A DNA stretch of 34,840 nucleotides, from NCBI GenBank assembly GCA_900550855.1, contig URTQ01000001.1, positions 1-34,840 on the forward strand, in the 5' to 3' direction. A model generated the notes under the pieces. The model made no database searches and was not told the origin of the DNA. It was given only the letters and a program-made list of their open reading frames with translations. Below are positions 34,228-34,840 of the stretch, piece by piece; position 1 is the stretch's first letter, and the number at the start of each line of letters is the position of its first letter. A program made the position numbers and the translations under genes. This DNA comes from an uncultured Eubacteriales bacterium. GTDB lineage: Bacteria; Bacillota; Clostridia; Christensenellales; CAG-917.

Positions 34228-34840
34228 TTACTTAGCCCCCATTCTGATTCTCGGGTCGATAATGCCGTAACTTATATCGACGATAATACCCGCAAGCAAG
34301 CCTACGAGTGTGTAGAAGCCCGACAACAACATAAAGAAGTCGTAGTCAAGCGAGTTGATTGAGTTCAAATACAAACCGCCGACGCCCGGTATCGAGAAGA
34401 ATTTTTCAATGATAAGCGAGCCGCTGAGAACGGAAATAAATTCGCCCAAAATCATCGGGAAAATCGGGACCATAGCGTTTCTCAAAGCGTGGCGAACAAT
34501 CGCCTGCCCTTTGGTCAAACCTTTCGTTCTTGCAAGAAGCATAAACTCGTTGGTCAACACTTCGGTGAGTTCCGCACGCGTGTAACGCGCATAACCCGCG
34601 ATAGAACCGAGGCACAGAGCCAAAACCGCCGGCAACATACTGTAAAACATTTCCCAAGTGAAATAGTCAGTTCCGTTTGCCATCATAAGCGGGAACCATT
34701 TCCACTTAAAGCACAAAACGTACTGAATCAAGAATGCAAACACGATCGAAGGGATCGAAATAAGCAACATAACGCCGGTGGAAATGACTTGATCTTGCCA
34801 TTTGTTCTTTTTGAGTGCCGCGAGAATGCCGCGGCCGGGA
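34228..34840 (-). CDS. oppB: Opp/Dpp ABC transporter permease, OppB-type; the 5' end is off-window
   Basis: EAA motif LLARTKGLTKGQAIVRHALRNAMVP and C-terminal DPRIR. The reading frame stays open upstream of the listed Met to the window edge (…GRGILAALKKNKWQDQVISTGV). Confidence 0.85.
   Translation of the reverse strand, partial: PGRGILAALKKNKWQDQVISTGVMLLISIPSIVFAFLIQYVLCFKWKWFPLMMANGTDYFTWEMFYSMLPAVLALCLGSIAGYARYTRAELTEVLTNEFMLLARTKGLTKGQAIVRHALRNAMVPIFPMILGEFISVLSGSLIIEKFFSIPGVGGLYLNSINSLDYDFFMLLSGFYTLVGLLAGIIVDISYGIIDPRIRMGAK

Noticed and set aside
33120-34235. 371-aa plus-strand ORF
   Set aside because: It is antisense to the OppC permease. The sequence is low-complexity with no recognisable features and no SD.
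28982-34840. The idea that the insertion-rich Opp system indicates a Mollicutes-type (TGA=Trp) genetic code
   Set aside because: TGA terminates rpmJ, rplX, oppC, the kinase and other genes exactly at their conserved C-termini. No gene here needs TGA read-through.
1-34840. CRISPR arrays, tRNA/rRNA genes, transposases, integrases, prophage or classical defence genes
   Set aside because: I saw no spaced identical repeats, no cloverleaf-like or rRNA-like sequence, and no recombinase, nuclease or helicase motifs in any ORF. This was checked only by eye.

Overview
This window looks like a Bacillota-type chromosome using the standard genetic code (TGA acts as a stop in rpmJ, rplX, oppC and the kinase). 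All calls come from reading the ORF translations and the DNA by eye. No searches or computations were run, and every comparison to reference proteins is from memory.

The core, about 6.6-22.3 kb on the minus strand, is a complete S10-spc-alpha ribosomal supercluster. Its order is rpsJ-rplCDWB-rpsS-rplV-rpsC-rplP-rpmC-rpsQ-rplNXE-rpsN-rpsH-rplFR-rpsE-rpmD-rplO-secY-adk-map-KOW protein-infA-rpmJ-rpsMKD-rpoA-rplQ. rpmJ is missing from the ORF track and was found by hand.

- **Left flank:** gap; a minus-strand operon (SDR/zinc-ribbon enzyme, flavodoxin-ferredoxin fusion, OmpR-type regulator broken by a homopolymer frameshift, and a kinase with a C-terminal membrane tail); and a divergent TM2/zinc-ribbon and XRE pair.
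- **Right flank:**
  - An orphan CooC/AcsF-type nickel ATPase operonic with a free-standing homolog of the acetyl-CoA synthase middle domain. This is the most interesting candidate for an undescribed system.
  - A divergent lipoprotein-TldD-TldE unit with a repeat-decorated promoter.
  - An Opp-type ABC importer (oppB partial, oppC, oppD, oppF, plus a small membrane protein) whose ATPases and permease carry very large insertions.

No rRNA, tRNA, CRISPR array, transposase or integrase was seen. Most long plus-strand ORFs are antisense shadows of real minus-strand genes.
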